The notes beneath the pieces are model-generated. The model was not told the DNA's origin, searched no databases, and was given only the letters and a program-made list of their open reading frames with translations. 56,098 bases of DNA from Nanobdellota archaeon (GTDB lineage: Archaea > Nanobdellota > Nanobdellia > Woesearchaeales > CAZZGN01), in the NCBI GenBank assembly GCA_051819665.1, contig JBNJDG010000003.1:1-56098 (forward strand), written 5' to 3'. Below are positions 40,690 to 50,736 of this stretch, in pieces; position 1 is the first letter of the stretch, and each line of letters starts with the position of its first letter. The position numbers and the translations under genes were made by a program.

Positions 40690-42832
40690 CTTTCTTCTCG
40701 CCCATCATATCGAGGTTCTTCAGCTCCTCTTCGGAAGCTTCAAAGACCCTCTTGACAGAACCGAAACTGCCTAGCAGGTCAGGCGCGAGAGAGGGACCTA
40801 TATCAGGCAGGCTCGAGACAATATATTCCTGCTGTTCCTTCTTCGTCATACCCCTTTTCTCCCTGTGAGGGGAGAAGCTCTTATCAGTGCCTTCCTGTTC
40901 TCTCCCTGCTATGGTGGAGATGAGCATCGCCGTTTCCCTGCTGGTCCTCGTATAGAGGATAGGTATCCCATAACTTACCGTGATGGTTGCGAGCATGCCC
41001 TGGATAGCATGAGGATGTACATTCCTCACGGAATAGATGTTCTCTGTACCTTCTACTATCACCAATGGTCTCTGGAAAAACCGGCTCAGCTCCCTTATCT
41101 GGTCAAGGAGCCTTCCGTCAATTATCGACTGGACGAAATCCTGCACAGTCTTATACTCAACCCCCACTCTTTTCGAAAGAACATAATCAGCCACATCGAG
41201 CCTTTCCAGATTGAGGTCTGTCTCCTGGTCTATGAGCTCCTTGATCACCGGAGAGCTCTTCTCCCTGTCATCCGCGAATATCTTAGGCTTATCGGGAGCG
41301 AAAGACTGCACTTTCTTCTGCGGCCTTTCCTTATATGGCAGGGTGCTCTTGAGGCTCTCGAGGTTCCTGAACATCCTCTTCTCCTTGTGATGGGCGCTCC
41401 ACCTGTAAGCTTCATCCCTGGTGCCTTTGGCCACGAGGACTATCATCCTTCCCTTCTCTGTCCTGCCGGTCCTTCCCCTCCTCTGTATGGTCCTTATAGC
41501 ACTGGGGACAGGTTCATAGAACAGGACGAGATCAACCTGGGGTATATCAAGGCCTTCCTCACCGACAGCAGTGGAGACGAGGACATCGAATTTGCCCTGC
41601 CTGAACTCCTCCACCATTGAGATCTGTTCCTTCTGGGACATACCTTTACCGTTCTTCTTCTGCTGGCCGACGAAGAGCCTCGCACTATGGCCCTCCATAG
41701 AGTTTATCTCCTCGACTATCTTGTCAGCAGAATCACGGAACTGGGTGAAGATGATCATCTTACCTTTCTCGCCTTCCACTATCTCCCTGACCTGGGCCAT
41801 CTTGGGATGCTCTACACCCTGCTGGGAGAGGGATCTTGCGAGAACAAGTGCCGAGCGGAAATTTATGTCCATGACCAGGTTCTTTACGGCCTTCACCTTA
41901 GTCGTCCTGGACTGCTCATTAATCTTCATCAGGTAACTGAACAAAGCGGCAACGCCCTGACTCTCTATTAGTTCAAGAGCGTGCTGGATCTTCATCGCCT
42001 CAGCCACTTTGGAGACTGCTTTCATGACATCAAAATCCCTGCCTTCGGAAAGGAGACTTGAAAGATAACCCTGGAGCTTTAGCAGCTCGGTCCTTGACAT
42101 ATCCTTCACCTGGGAAGAATTGAGATAGCCGAGTTCCTTGAGCTTTTCCAGACGAGCCCTGAAACAGTCCTCGATATACTTCTTCAGCTGGTTGAATTTC
42201 TCCGGGAGCTTAACCTCGATCCAGTCTAAATCAACATCCTGGATATAGGGCTTCACATCCGGATCAGTGTCCCTCCTAACCTCGATCTTCTCTATGCCGA
42301 GATTGTCTATGACCTCCTCGATCTTCTCCTTAGTCGAGCCGGGAGAGGCTGTGAGAGCAAGCATCCTCGGATGTTTCCCCTTCTTCAGGTACTGTTTCGC
42401 TATGAACACATAAGCATAATCCCCCACTGCCCTGTGGCTCTCGTCAAAGACAAGGAGGGAGACATCCTTCAGGTCTATCCTGTTCGAGATCACATCGTTC
42501 TGAAGGCCTTGCGGGGTCGAGGCTATCACCTGTGCTTCGTTGAACTTCTTCTGTCTCTTCTCAGGGCTTACCGAGCCAGTGAACATGGTGATCTTCTCTT
42601 TATCCATATCAAGATGTTTCCTGAAAACCTGCATTATCTGCTCAACCAAGGGTTTGGTTGGTGCGAGGATGAGGATCTTCGAATCGGGATAAGTACTCAG
42701 CCTCTGGGCGGCAGTCATCAGAGCTACACCTGTCTTCCCCATGCCTGTCGGGAGAACTACCAGAGTGTTGTGGTTCACAGCAGTGTTAAGAATGCTTTCC
42801 TGATACAGCCTTGGCTTGAAATCCTTTAACAT
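40646..42832 (-). CDS. hef: Hef (FANCM/XPF-family): SF2 helicase + ERCC4 nuclease + (HhH)2
   Basis: LPTGMGKTGVA (Walker A), DESH, TASPG, QRRGRTGR, the nuclease region DDREKSS...LDVADYVL...VEYKT, and a C-terminal HhH pair. Confidence 0.9.
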   Translation of the reverse strand: MLKDFKPRLYQESILNTAVNHNTLVVLPTGMGKTGVALMTAAQRLSTYPDSKILILAPTKPLVEQIMQVFRKHLDMDKEKITMFTGSVSPEKRQKKFNEAQVIASTPQGLQNDVISNRIDLKDVSLLVFDESHRAVGDYAYVFIAKQYLKKGKHPRMLALTASPGSTKEKIEEVIDNLGIEKIEVRRDTDPDVKPYIQDVDLDWIEVKLPEKFNQLKKYIEDCFRARLEKLKELGYLNSSQVKDMSRTELLKLQGYLSSLLSEGRDFDVMKAVSKVAEAMKIQHALELIESQGVAALFSYLMKINEQSRTTKVKAVKNLVMDINFRSALVLARSLSQQGVEHPKMAQVREIVEGEKGKMIIFTQFRDSADKIVEEINSMEGHSARLFVGQQKKNGKGMSQKEQISMVEEFRQGKFDVLVSTAVGEEGLDIPQVDLVLFYEPVPSAIRTIQRRGRTGRTEKGRMIVLVAKGTRDEAYRWSAHHKEKRMFRNLESLKSTLPYKERPQKKVQSFAPDKPKIFADDREKSSPVIKELIDQETDLNLERLDVADYVLSKRVGVEYKTVQDFVQSIIDGRLLDQIRELSRFFQRPLVIVEGTENIYSVRNVHPHAIQGMLATITVSYGIPILYTRTSRETAMLISTIAGREQEGTDKSFSPHREKRGMTKKEQQEYIVSSLPDIGPSLAPDLLGSFGSVKRVFEASEEELKNLDMMGEKKARKIRELIDSSYKK

Positions 42833-42962
42833 CGCTAAAAAGGTACAGTTTTTGTTTTAAATACTTTGTGCGAAAATGTCCAGTGGGGAGTGGGTAAGGA
42901 GAGGGTTTCATTTATAAATAAAACAACAATATTTAAATATATGTATACATTGCATACACAGT

Positions 42963-43733
42963 ATGCAGGAAAAAAAGAAAGATGATTATGTAAAAGAAGT
43001 CATGGAAAACCTGTCTAGGAAGATAAAAGAATCCCGGACAGAATACCGCGAGGAATCTAAAGATACAGGTGATAAATGGTCCTCTACGATAAGGTTATCC
43101 CTTAATATGAAGAATAGGCTAAAGCAGATGACAAGGAGAGGAGAGAGCTATGAGGATGTCATCGAGAGACTTATAAGGAATGAAGAGAAAAAAGAAAGGC
43201 AACTCAAGAGATTAAAGGAATTAGTAAAGCAGAATGAGGATCTTATAAAATATTCAACTGAGATAAAGAAAAGAGAGAGAAAAATATTCACGACAAATTC
43301 GGGCGTTAAGATAAGGTTCTCTTACAATAAACCCGATACGCTTGATGAGGATTCTTATGACATAAGATTTGAAGGATTCTATTACAAAGGCAAGGAGATC
43401 ACTGAAGAAGAAGCCTATAAGATACTCGCGATGGATTATGTTTTCAGGCTTCTTCAGAAAGGGCATCTGTCAAAGAAAGAAGCTAATAATATAATTTCCC
43501 AGGAAAGAAATCTGAAAGGCACCATAAATCAGATCAGGATAAGATATCTCGTTTACTTTAAGATATTCTTTGATCTCATATCAGATGGGCAGAAGGCTAA
43601 TGAGAGGAATTTCTTTGATATAAATTTCTGGAAACTGATAGCTGAGAGATACGACCTGTCTGATGAATCCTTCAGAAGAGATATCAAGGATCAGCTCACA
43701 AGATATGAATCGGAGAAGGGAAGTGAAAGATGA
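42963..43733 (+). CDS. Hypothetical protein with an N-terminal ribbon-helix-helix-like segment
   Basis: STIRLSLNMKNRLKQMTRRGESYEDVIERLI resembles a CopG/RHH motif. The rest is unassigned. Confidence 0.45.
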   Translation: MQEKKKDDYVKEVMENLSRKIKESRTEYREESKDTGDKWSSTIRLSLNMKNRLKQMTRRGESYEDVIERLIRNEEKKERQLKRLKELVKQNEDLIKYSTEIKKRERKIFTTNSGVKIRFSYNKPDTLDEDSYDIRFEGFYYKGKEITEEEAYKILAMDYVFRLLQKGHLSKKEANNIISQERNLKGTINQIRIRYLVYFKIFFDLISDGQKANERNFFDINFWKLIAERYDLSDESFRRDIKDQLTRYESEKGSER

Positions 43734-43750
43734 TTCTATTTATATAAAGA

Positions 43751-44068
43751 TTAATTCCCATACTTATTCTGTATGTATTTACCCAGATCCTTGAAGGGCT
43801 TTACTATATCGTTAGCAAACCTCTTCATCTTGTCAGAATAGGTTGGTTTTGGGACATAAGATCCAGGTTTATTACCGTTCAAAGGACCGAATTTTATCTT
43901 GCTTAACTTATACCAGTCAACATTTTTTCTTTCCCTAGCCTTCTTCTGATACTCTGAGACCACAGCAATCCTTTCACTAAGTTCTTTGGGATTAATATCT
44001 TCCCTAACTAAAGGTTCTCCTTCCTCAAGTCCTAATATATCTCTTATATCTGGTCTTCCCATAAACAT
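43751..44068 (-). CDS. Hypothetical protein
   Basis: 105-aa ORF with no motif recognised. Confidence 0.4.
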   Translation of the reverse strand: MFMGRPDIRDILGLEEGEPLVREDINPKELSERIAVVSEYQKKARERKNVDWYKLSKIKFGPLNGNKPGSYVPKPTYSDKMKRFANDIVKPFKDLGKYIQNKYGN

Positions 44069-44084
44069 AGTCTCCTTTTACTGT

Positions 44085-44585
44085 TTAATAAATGTTTCTG
44101 GTGATCTTTTCAAATACCTTCTCATTCAACTTATACATAAGCTCGAAATTATCCTTACAAAGTATGCCTTTCTCTTTGTACCATTCTCCGAAATTTGGTT
44201 TCCTGTCAGATATAAGGCTTACCGCTGTCAATACATCATATTTACCCATAGCAGTCTCTGCCGTATCTTTCACACACTCAGTCGCATACAGGCCCATCGG
44301 GATTATCGTGTTGATTTCCTTCAGTTTATCTGATAAGCCCGTATTGTAAAAAGAATCAGTTTCAGGTTTTCTTATGTTCTCATGACCGAAATGAAGAAGT
44401 TCGTTTATTGTACTCTCCCCCTCCTGATTCTCTATCAGATAAACAGGCAGATCATAATTTTCCGAATAGCTGAGGAACTCGATCTGGTTCTTTATGAGAG
44501 AATCAGCCTTCTGCCTGTCAAGGGATCTGAGAAAATTCTCCTGCATGTCAATAACAAGGACAGCTATATCGGTTTCCATTGACAA
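44085..44585 (-). CDS. Isochorismatase-family cysteine hydrolase
   Basis: IAVLVIDMQENF (catalytic Asp region) and GLYATECVKDTAETAM (catalytic Cys). Confidence 0.7.
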   Translation of the reverse strand: MSMETDIAVLVIDMQENFLRSLDRQKADSLIKNQIEFLSYSENYDLPVYLIENQEGESTINELLHFGHENIRKPETDSFYNTGLSDKLKEINTIIPMGLYATECVKDTAETAMGKYDVLTAVSLISDRKPNFGEWYKEKGILCKDNFELMYKLNEKVFEKITRNIY

Positions 44586-44695
44586 AAGGGGATTAACAGC
44601 TGTTTATATAGTTTATTATTATCCTTTGCAAAGGAGTGTTATATTTAAAAGCCAATCCGCAAACTATAAAAAACATCTTTCCCGACGATAGGCCC

Positions 44696-46213
44696 ATGAG
44701 CCAAGTAAAAGAACTTATCACCAAACTTCACCCATTAGAGAGGAAGGTAGCTCCCAGTCTCAAAGATGGTCTTACAGCGAAAGATCTCGAGGAGAAGACC
44801 GGCCTGAAGGATGTGGAGGTCATGAGAGCCCTCCAGTGGCTTGAGAACAAGGACGTCCTGAAGATAAACACAGAGACGAGAGAGACAGTGGAGCTCGGCG
44901 AGAACGGGAAGAGATACCTCGAAGAAGGCCTGCCAGAGATAAGATACCTGAACATAATCAAGGACAGCCCGAAATCGATGAAGGATATCATAAAAGAAGG
45001 TCTTGATGGGCAGGAAGCCGGTGCATGCACAGGGATCCTCAAGAAGAAAGCGGCCATAGAGATGAAAGACAAGGAAGTGCAGATCACCGATAACGGAAAG
45101 AAACTCCTCGAAAAAGAACCGATAGAGCTCATGTTCATGAAGAAGCTCCCGATGGAGCTGAAAAGCATCAAGGATGAGGACAAGCTCGCTTTCGATAACC
45201 TGAAGAAAAGGAAAGATGTTATAAGCACTGAGAAAAGGAAGATAAAGAGGATCACTCTCACTGAGAAAGGGAAGGAACTGGCCAAAGCAGACCTTTCAGA
45301 GATCAAGGTTGCGGACAGCCTCAGCCATGAGATGCTCAAAGAAGGGACCTGGAAAGATAAGGAATTCAGGAAATACGATATAAGGATCAATGTCCCGAGC
45401 ATCAACGGAGGGAAGAAGCATTTCGTGAACCAGGCTGTCGATTACATCAAGAAAGTATGGCTAGAACTCGGTTTTGAAGAGATGGAAGGGAACCTTGTCC
45501 AGACAAGCTTCTGGGACCTCGATTGCCTCTTCGTCCCGCAGGATCATCCGGCAAGGCAGATGCAGGACACTTTCTATATAAAGAACCCTGAGAAAGGGAA
45601 ATTACCCGAATGGTATGAGAAGATCAAAGAAGTCCACGAGACGGGAGGAGATACAGGATCTACTGGCTGGAAAGGGAAATGGTCTCCCGAGAAAGCGAAA
45701 GAGAACATGCTGAGGACGCACACTACAGTCCTTAGTGCCAAAGAGATCTCACAGCTGAAGAAAGAGGACCTGCCTAAGAAATATTTCTCTGTAGGTAAAG
45801 TGTTCAGGAACGAAGAGCTTGACTGGAAGCACCTCTTCGAGTTCTATCAGGTAGAAGGGATTGTTGTTGATCCTGACGCCAACATGAGCCACCTCAAGGG
45901 CTACCTCAAGGATTTTTACAAGAAGATGGGTTATTCTGATGTGAGGATGAGGCCTGCCCATTTCCCCTATACAGAACCCTCTGTGGAAGTAGAAGTCTAC
46001 CACCCTAAGAAGGAGCAGTGGGTCGAGCTCGGAGGAGCAGGAATCTTCAGGCCTGAAGTGGTCAAGCCCCTCCTCGGATTCGAATGCCCCGTGCTTGCAT
46101 GGGGACAGGGCATGGGGAGGATAATAGCCGAATACTGGAACATCACCGATATAAGGGATCTTTACAAGAACGACCTTAAGCAGTTAAGAGAAATAAGATA
46201 CTGGATGAGATAA
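44696..46213 (+). CDS. pheS: Phenylalanine--tRNA ligase alpha subunit (archaeal type)
   Basis: Class II motifs FVPQDHPARQMQDTFY, LRTHTT, FRNEELDWKHLFEFYQVEG and GAGIFRPEV. I chose the ATG at 44696 because the upstream GTG extension contains the TATA box. Confidence 0.92.
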   Translation: MSQVKELITKLHPLERKVAPSLKDGLTAKDLEEKTGLKDVEVMRALQWLENKDVLKINTETRETVELGENGKRYLEEGLPEIRYLNIIKDSPKSMKDIIKEGLDGQEAGACTGILKKKAAIEMKDKEVQITDNGKKLLEKEPIELMFMKKLPMELKSIKDEDKLAFDNLKKRKDVISTEKRKIKRITLTEKGKELAKADLSEIKVADSLSHEMLKEGTWKDKEFRKYDIRINVPSINGGKKHFVNQAVDYIKKVWLELGFEEMEGNLVQTSFWDLDCLFVPQDHPARQMQDTFYIKNPEKGKLPEWYEKIKEVHETGGDTGSTGWKGKWSPEKAKENMLRTHTTVLSAKEISQLKKEDLPKKYFSVGKVFRNEELDWKHLFEFYQVEGIVVDPDANMSHLKGYLKDFYKKMGYSDVRMRPAHFPYTEPSVEVEVYHPKKEQWVELGGAGIFRPEVVKPLLGFECPVLAWGQGMGRIIAEYWNITDIRDLYKNDLKQLREIRYWMR

Positions 46214-46214
46214 A

Positions 46215-47840
46215 ATGCCCACGATAAAGCTTAACAGGAAAGTGTTCGAGGAACTGGTAGGGAAGGAACTCCCGGAAGAGAAGCTCAGGGAAAGGATCAG
46301 CATGCTGGGGACTGACCTTGAGTCTATGGACAAGGATGAGATCCATGTAGAGGTGTTCCCGAACAGACCGGATATGCTCTCCGAACAGGGTTTCGCAAGG
46401 GCATTCTCATCGTTCATAGGAGTGAAGAAAGGCCTGAGGAAGTATGAAGTGAAGGACTCCGGAGAGGAAGTGAAGATAGACAGCTCCGTCAAAGAAGTAA
46501 GGCCATATACAGCCTGTGCCATAATAAAAAACCTGAAGCTGGATGATGAGAAGATAAGGGAGATCATTCAGATCCAGGAAAAGCTTCATGTAACATACGG
46601 AAGGCACAGGAAAAAAGCTGCTATAGGCATATATCCATTCGAGAAGATAAAACCGCCTATCCACTACAAGGCCCTTAAACCAGAGGAAGTGAAGTTCCGG
46701 CCCTTAGAGGCAGAGAAAGAGATGACAGCTAAGGAGATATTAGAAGAGCATCCTACCGGGAAAGAATACGCTCATCTGCTTGAAGGGAAGGAGAAGTATC
46801 CAGTTTTTACAGATTCTGAAGGGAAAATACTCTCGATGCCGCCAGTGATAAATTCAGAAGCAGTGGGAAGAGTTGATGAGAACACCCACGAGATTTTCAT
46901 AGAATGCTCCGGGCATGAATACGGAGTGCTCTCAAGATGCCTCAATATCATAGTCACTGCTATGGCAGACATGGGAGGCAAAATCTACTCGATGAAGCTC
47001 GGTTACGGTAAAGAGACTATAACGCCCGGACTTGAACCGGAGAAGATGGATGCTGATGTCAGCTATATCAATAAGATCCTCGGTACAGAGCTTGATGAGA
47101 AAGAATTCAAGGAGAACCTCGAGAGGATGGGCATCGGCTATGAGAACGGGAAAGCCCTTATCCCCGCTTACAGGGCAGATATCCTTCACCAGGTGGATCT
47201 TGCCGAGGATATAGCCATATCACATGGTTATGAGAACATCAGGGAAGAGATCCCTGCAGTAGCCACGATAGCTGAAGAGAGCCCTATAAGTAAGAAGAAG
47301 AACAGGATCAGGGAGATCCTCACAGGACTTTCCCTTATAGAATGCAAGACTTACCATATAGCCAATAAAGACTCTCAAACGAAGATGATGGAACAGGAAA
47401 AAGAGCCCGTAGAGCTCAAGAACGCCCTCAACGAGGAATACAGTATCCTGGCCTCATGGAACCTGCCTTCGCTGATGGAAGTCTTCAAGAGCAACAGGCA
47501 GAGGGAATACCCGCAGGAGATCTTCTCTCTGGGAAAGGTGTTCTCTAAAGACGAAAATGAAGAGACAGGGATTAAAGAAGAAGAGCATCTCACCTGCGCT
47601 TTATGCGGAGATAAGGTCGATTTCACGAGGATCAAGCAGGTCCTGGATTTCGTCATGAGGATGACAGGAGATGAATACAGGATAGAGGAAACAGAGCATA
47701 ACTCTTTCATCAAAGGCAGAATTGGCAAAATATTTATAAATGGTGAAGAGAAAGGGATTATCGGAGAGGTTCATCCGAAGGTTCTTAGCAACTGGGAACT
47801 TGAGTATCCCGTCTCCGCATTAGAGGTGAAATTATGGTAA
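46215..47840 (+). CDS. pheT: Phenylalanine--tRNA ligase beta subunit (archaeal type)
   Basis: B3/4 and B5 domain patterns (FPNRPDMLSEQGFARA, IPAYRADILHQVDLAEDIAISHGYENI). Starts immediately after the pheS stop. Confidence 0.9.
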   Translation: MPTIKLNRKVFEELVGKELPEEKLRERISMLGTDLESMDKDEIHVEVFPNRPDMLSEQGFARAFSSFIGVKKGLRKYEVKDSGEEVKIDSSVKEVRPYTACAIIKNLKLDDEKIREIIQIQEKLHVTYGRHRKKAAIGIYPFEKIKPPIHYKALKPEEVKFRPLEAEKEMTAKEILEEHPTGKEYAHLLEGKEKYPVFTDSEGKILSMPPVINSEAVGRVDENTHEIFIECSGHEYGVLSRCLNIIVTAMADMGGKIYSMKLGYGKETITPGLEPEKMDADVSYINKILGTELDEKEFKENLERMGIGYENGKALIPAYRADILHQVDLAEDIAISHGYENIREEIPAVATIAEESPISKKKNRIREILTGLSLIECKTYHIANKDSQTKMMEQEKEPVELKNALNEEYSILASWNLPSLMEVFKSNRQREYPQEIFSLGKVFSKDENEETGIKEEEHLTCALCGDKVDFTRIKQVLDFVMRMTGDEYRIEETEHNSFIKGRIGKIFINGEEKGIIGEVHPKVLSNWELEYPVSALEVKLW

Positions 47841-48106
47841 CTCTTGAGAAATATAAGGAAGCTTACAGGAAGATCGTCGTTGAAGACGAAAGGAGGAGCT
47901 TCATGGTTCATGTATCTGTCTATATATTCGTTAACCTGCTCCTGCTGATAATCAATCTTACATACACGCCGCAGCAACTGTGGTTCTTCTTCCCGCTCCT
48001 CGGATGGGGCATAGGCCTTGCCGGCCATTATATGGACGCTTACAAATGGGCGGAAAAGAACCAGATGAAGAAAGAGGCTGAGGCGATGTACAGGGCTAAT
48101 AAATAG
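47834..48106 (+). CDS. 2TM-domain small membrane protein
   Basis: Two hydrophobic helices (FMVHVSVYIFVNLLLLIINL, WFFFPLLGWGIGLAGHY). Confidence 0.6.
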   Translation: MVTLEKYKEAYRKIVVEDERRSFMVHVSVYIFVNLLLLIINLTYTPQQLWFFFPLLGWGIGLAGHYMDAYKWAEKNQMKKEAEAMYRANK

Positions 48107-48136
48107 CCCTCTCATCAATCCTTTGCATATTATTGT

Positions 48137-49126
48137 TCACAAGAATTCCTTTTCTATTTCAAACTCATCCCTGGTAGGATACTGCTCGACTATAGCCAGC
48201 TGTCCTTTTTTCTTAAGCTCTTCTTTAAAGTCCTCAGCATCCTCAGGGGCCATTATTATCTTATCCTTCTCCCTCTCTGACTCTATGCCCAAAGATCTTA
48301 CGAACTCCAGGGTCTCATCCTTGTCATCATAAAGACAGCCCCTTATGAGCATACCCTCATCTGTGACTATCTCGAAGGGCCTTGCTACCTTATTAGCCCT
48401 TCTCTTTATCCTGTTAGCCATCTGGAGACTGTCCTTCAAAGAGGCAGAACAGACATGCACAGGGAAGGAAGCATATTTCTCTATCTCCTCACCGGCACTG
48501 AAAGAACCCTCTGCAGCATAACTGTCCCTGTCCTTAGTACTGTAACCGGACATATCATAATGTGCCACTGAAGTGTCGGAGAATTCAAGCTCATTGAGAT
48601 TCATGAAGCTTATCTTGCCCTTAAGTTCATCTGCAAGCGATTTCATCCAGTCGATCTTATCCGGAAGGGAAGGGATCTCAACACCTACATCCCAGGAGAA
48701 GCCTTTAGCGAGGTCTATCCTCTCTATATCATCACCTGGTTTCAGATGGAACCTTATCTCATCAAGACCGGCATCGTGAAGCTTCTCCAGCTTTTCTTTC
48801 TCGACCAATTTAAGGGGTGTGTAAAGATGGATATGGAAATCACTGCCGAATTTCTCCTTCAGTCCTTTGATGTAAGAACAGGTCTTGTCAAGCTTGACAA
48901 GAGGATCTCCTCCTGTAATCCCGGCGCCTTTTGCGTCGGTAAGCTCCGCTTCCTTCACGACATCCTTAAAGTTTTTAGCTTCCCATTCGTTGGCAAAGAG
49001 GCAGTCCCTGCCGAACTTCTTCTCGGATACGGGACAGAAGAAGCATCTTTCCGTACAAAGGCCAGTGATGAAGAGGACAAGCTTCTCGCCCTTCACGCAT
49101 CTCTTGCATCCTTCTGCATATATCAT
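48137..49126 (-). CDS. Radical SAM protein (COG2108-like, PflA-related), function unknown
   Basis: CTERCFFC (CX3CX2C) and GITGGDP motifs. Confidence 0.7.
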   Translation of the reverse strand: MIYAEGCKRCVKGEKLVLFITGLCTERCFFCPVSEKKFGRDCLFANEWEAKNFKDVVKEAELTDAKGAGITGGDPLVKLDKTCSYIKGLKEKFGSDFHIHLYTPLKLVEKEKLEKLHDAGLDEIRFHLKPGDDIERIDLAKGFSWDVGVEIPSLPDKIDWMKSLADELKGKISFMNLNELEFSDTSVAHYDMSGYSTKDRDSYAAEGSFSAGEEIEKYASFPVHVCSASLKDSLQMANRIKRRANKVARPFEIVTDEGMLIRGCLYDDKDETLEFVRSLGIESEREKDKIIMAPEDAEDFKEELKKKGQLAIVEQYPTRDEFEIEKEFL

Positions 49127-49152
49127 CAGGAACGGGAAACCAGAAGAAGAAT

Positions 49153-49872
49153 TTAAACCTTTTTATAGCATCTGTATATGAACACGTTGAGATACACCCA
49201 CAAAGCTACGAAAGCCAGTATCCCTATAACTGTAACAAGGTATTGCATGAAAGGGAAGATGTTAATCCTGTTAAGGATTGTATTAAGAGCAAATATCGAA
49301 AGAGAGACGATCGCGAATGAGGCTGCGGTATGACCCGGATCATCCCTGAGCATCCTGAAGGAATCCGCTATAGACTGCACAAATCCGTTCTCAACAAGAA
49401 GAGGGTTTACGAAGAAAAGGGCCAGTGAGAAGAAAAATGAATAGAGGATGAAGAGGATTATCGTTATAACGAATGTCTTCAATGTAGCGAGTATATTAAA
49501 GGCCAGGAAAGGGAGTCCGTATAACAATGAGATAAGGACTATGAATCCCAGGTATCTCTTCCAGAGGCTCCTGCCGAAAGACCAGAGTTCCTCTTTACCC
49601 GGATTTTTTCCGGCCAACACTTCCGAGATGACGCCGTACTGCATGGCCTGTATATAAGCCATGATCCCCATCATCATAAGCGAACCTATGCCTATCAGGA
49701 CAGGGTAGATAATATCATTACCGAGACCAGCCATGGAGAATACTCCATAGAGAATCCCCAGAAAAATCAACAACAGAACAAAAAGCCCTACTGCGATTAT
49801 TATAGGTGTGAAAAGGATATAATGCTCCTTCAGATCCTCATAACTGTCCTTGAGGGCTTTAACATAATCCAT
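49153..49872 (-). CDS. Integral membrane protein (about 6 TM), hypothetical
   Basis: Hydrophobic profile only. Confidence 0.5.
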   Translation of the reverse strand: MDYVKALKDSYEDLKEHYILFTPIIIAVGLFVLLLIFLGILYGVFSMAGLGNDIIYPVLIGIGSLMMMGIMAYIQAMQYGVISEVLAGKNPGKEELWSFGRSLWKRYLGFIVLISLLYGLPFLAFNILATLKTFVITIILFILYSFFFSLALFFVNPLLVENGFVQSIADSFRMLRDDPGHTAASFAIVSLSIFALNTILNRINIFPFMQYLVTVIGILAFVALWVYLNVFIYRCYKKV

Positions 49873-49904
49873 AAAAACAGAATAAAAAAAGGTTTCTTAT
49901 AAAC

Positions 49905-50372
49905 CTATTCCTTCTTTGATGCTGCCTGATCAGAATTACCGGATCCCGAAGCTGAGCTATCCTGCGATTTCTTCTCAGAAGCAGCTTCTTTCTTATCAGA
50001 AGCTTCCTTATCAGAAGATCCCTCAGCCTTCTTCTCCGATTTCTTACCGGATTTCTTCTTCGCAGCTTTCTTCTTAACAGGCTTCTCCTTCTTTACCTTG
50101 GTCCTTTTAGGTCTCTCTGAAGCCTTCTTCGGAGTAGTCTCCCTGACCTCTATGCCCTTGTCCTTGAAAGCTTCGGCAACAGCCTTCGTATCAGCACCTT
50201 TCTCTATATCGAAAGTCTCTTTGGTCGGCTCAAGATGCCTTATATTAACCTTCTTCCTTCTCGTCTGGCCGTCCACCATCACGAAGTTGTCATCTATCTT
50301 ATCAACGATGACACAGTATTTATTGGCATCCCTGCCGGCTATCTTAAAACAGATTCTTCCTACTTCAAACAT
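49905..50372 (-). CDS. rpl14e: Ribosomal protein eL14 (L14e) with a C-terminal Lys/Ser/Glu-rich extension of about 70 aa
   Basis: MFEVGRICFKIAGRDANKYCVIVDKIDDNFVMVDG...NIRHLEPT. AGGAGGT Shine-Dalgarno upstream. Confidence 0.88.
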   Translation of the reverse strand: MFEVGRICFKIAGRDANKYCVIVDKIDDNFVMVDGQTRRKKVNIRHLEPTKETFDIEKGADTKAVAEAFKDKGIEVRETTPKKASERPKRTKVKKEKPVKKKAAKKKSGKKSEKKAEGSSDKEASDKKEAASEKKSQDSSASGSGNSDQAASKKE

Positions 50373-50437
50373 TTTGATTACCTCCTAAGATATCGGAACA
50401 TCCGTCGCCGGAATGTTATGGAGATATCTATCGTCTA

Positions 50438-50698
50438 TTATTGTCTGGCCTTCTTCTTAAGTATGCTCCTCGAAGCCTTCGAGCTCAAAACTCCGCCGAA
50501 CGGCCTCTCAGGTCTCCTCTGGGACTTGGTCGTGCCCTTATTAGACCTGGGTACACCCTTAAGCTTCTCTCCTGTTGCCGGGCAAAGACCCTGCTTATGC
50601 TTCTTCCTCACATAATTGACAACATTCCTATGTCCAGGTGTCACGTTCTTCACTTTCCTGAACGAATTTGATCTTTTGTTTCTGTTTGGCATGGCCAT
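50438..50698 (-). CDS. rpl34e: Ribosomal protein eL34 (L34e)
   Basis: RSNSFRKVKNVTPGHRNVVNYVRKK...GEKLKGVPR pattern. Confidence 0.85.
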   Translation of the reverse strand: MAMPNRNKRSNSFRKVKNVTPGHRNVVNYVRKKHKQGLCPATGEKLKGVPRSNKGTTKSQRRPERPFGGVLSSKASRSILKKKARQ

Positions 50699-50736
50699 GA
50701 GGGAATAACTTTCCCTTTATAAATGTTATGGGTGGC

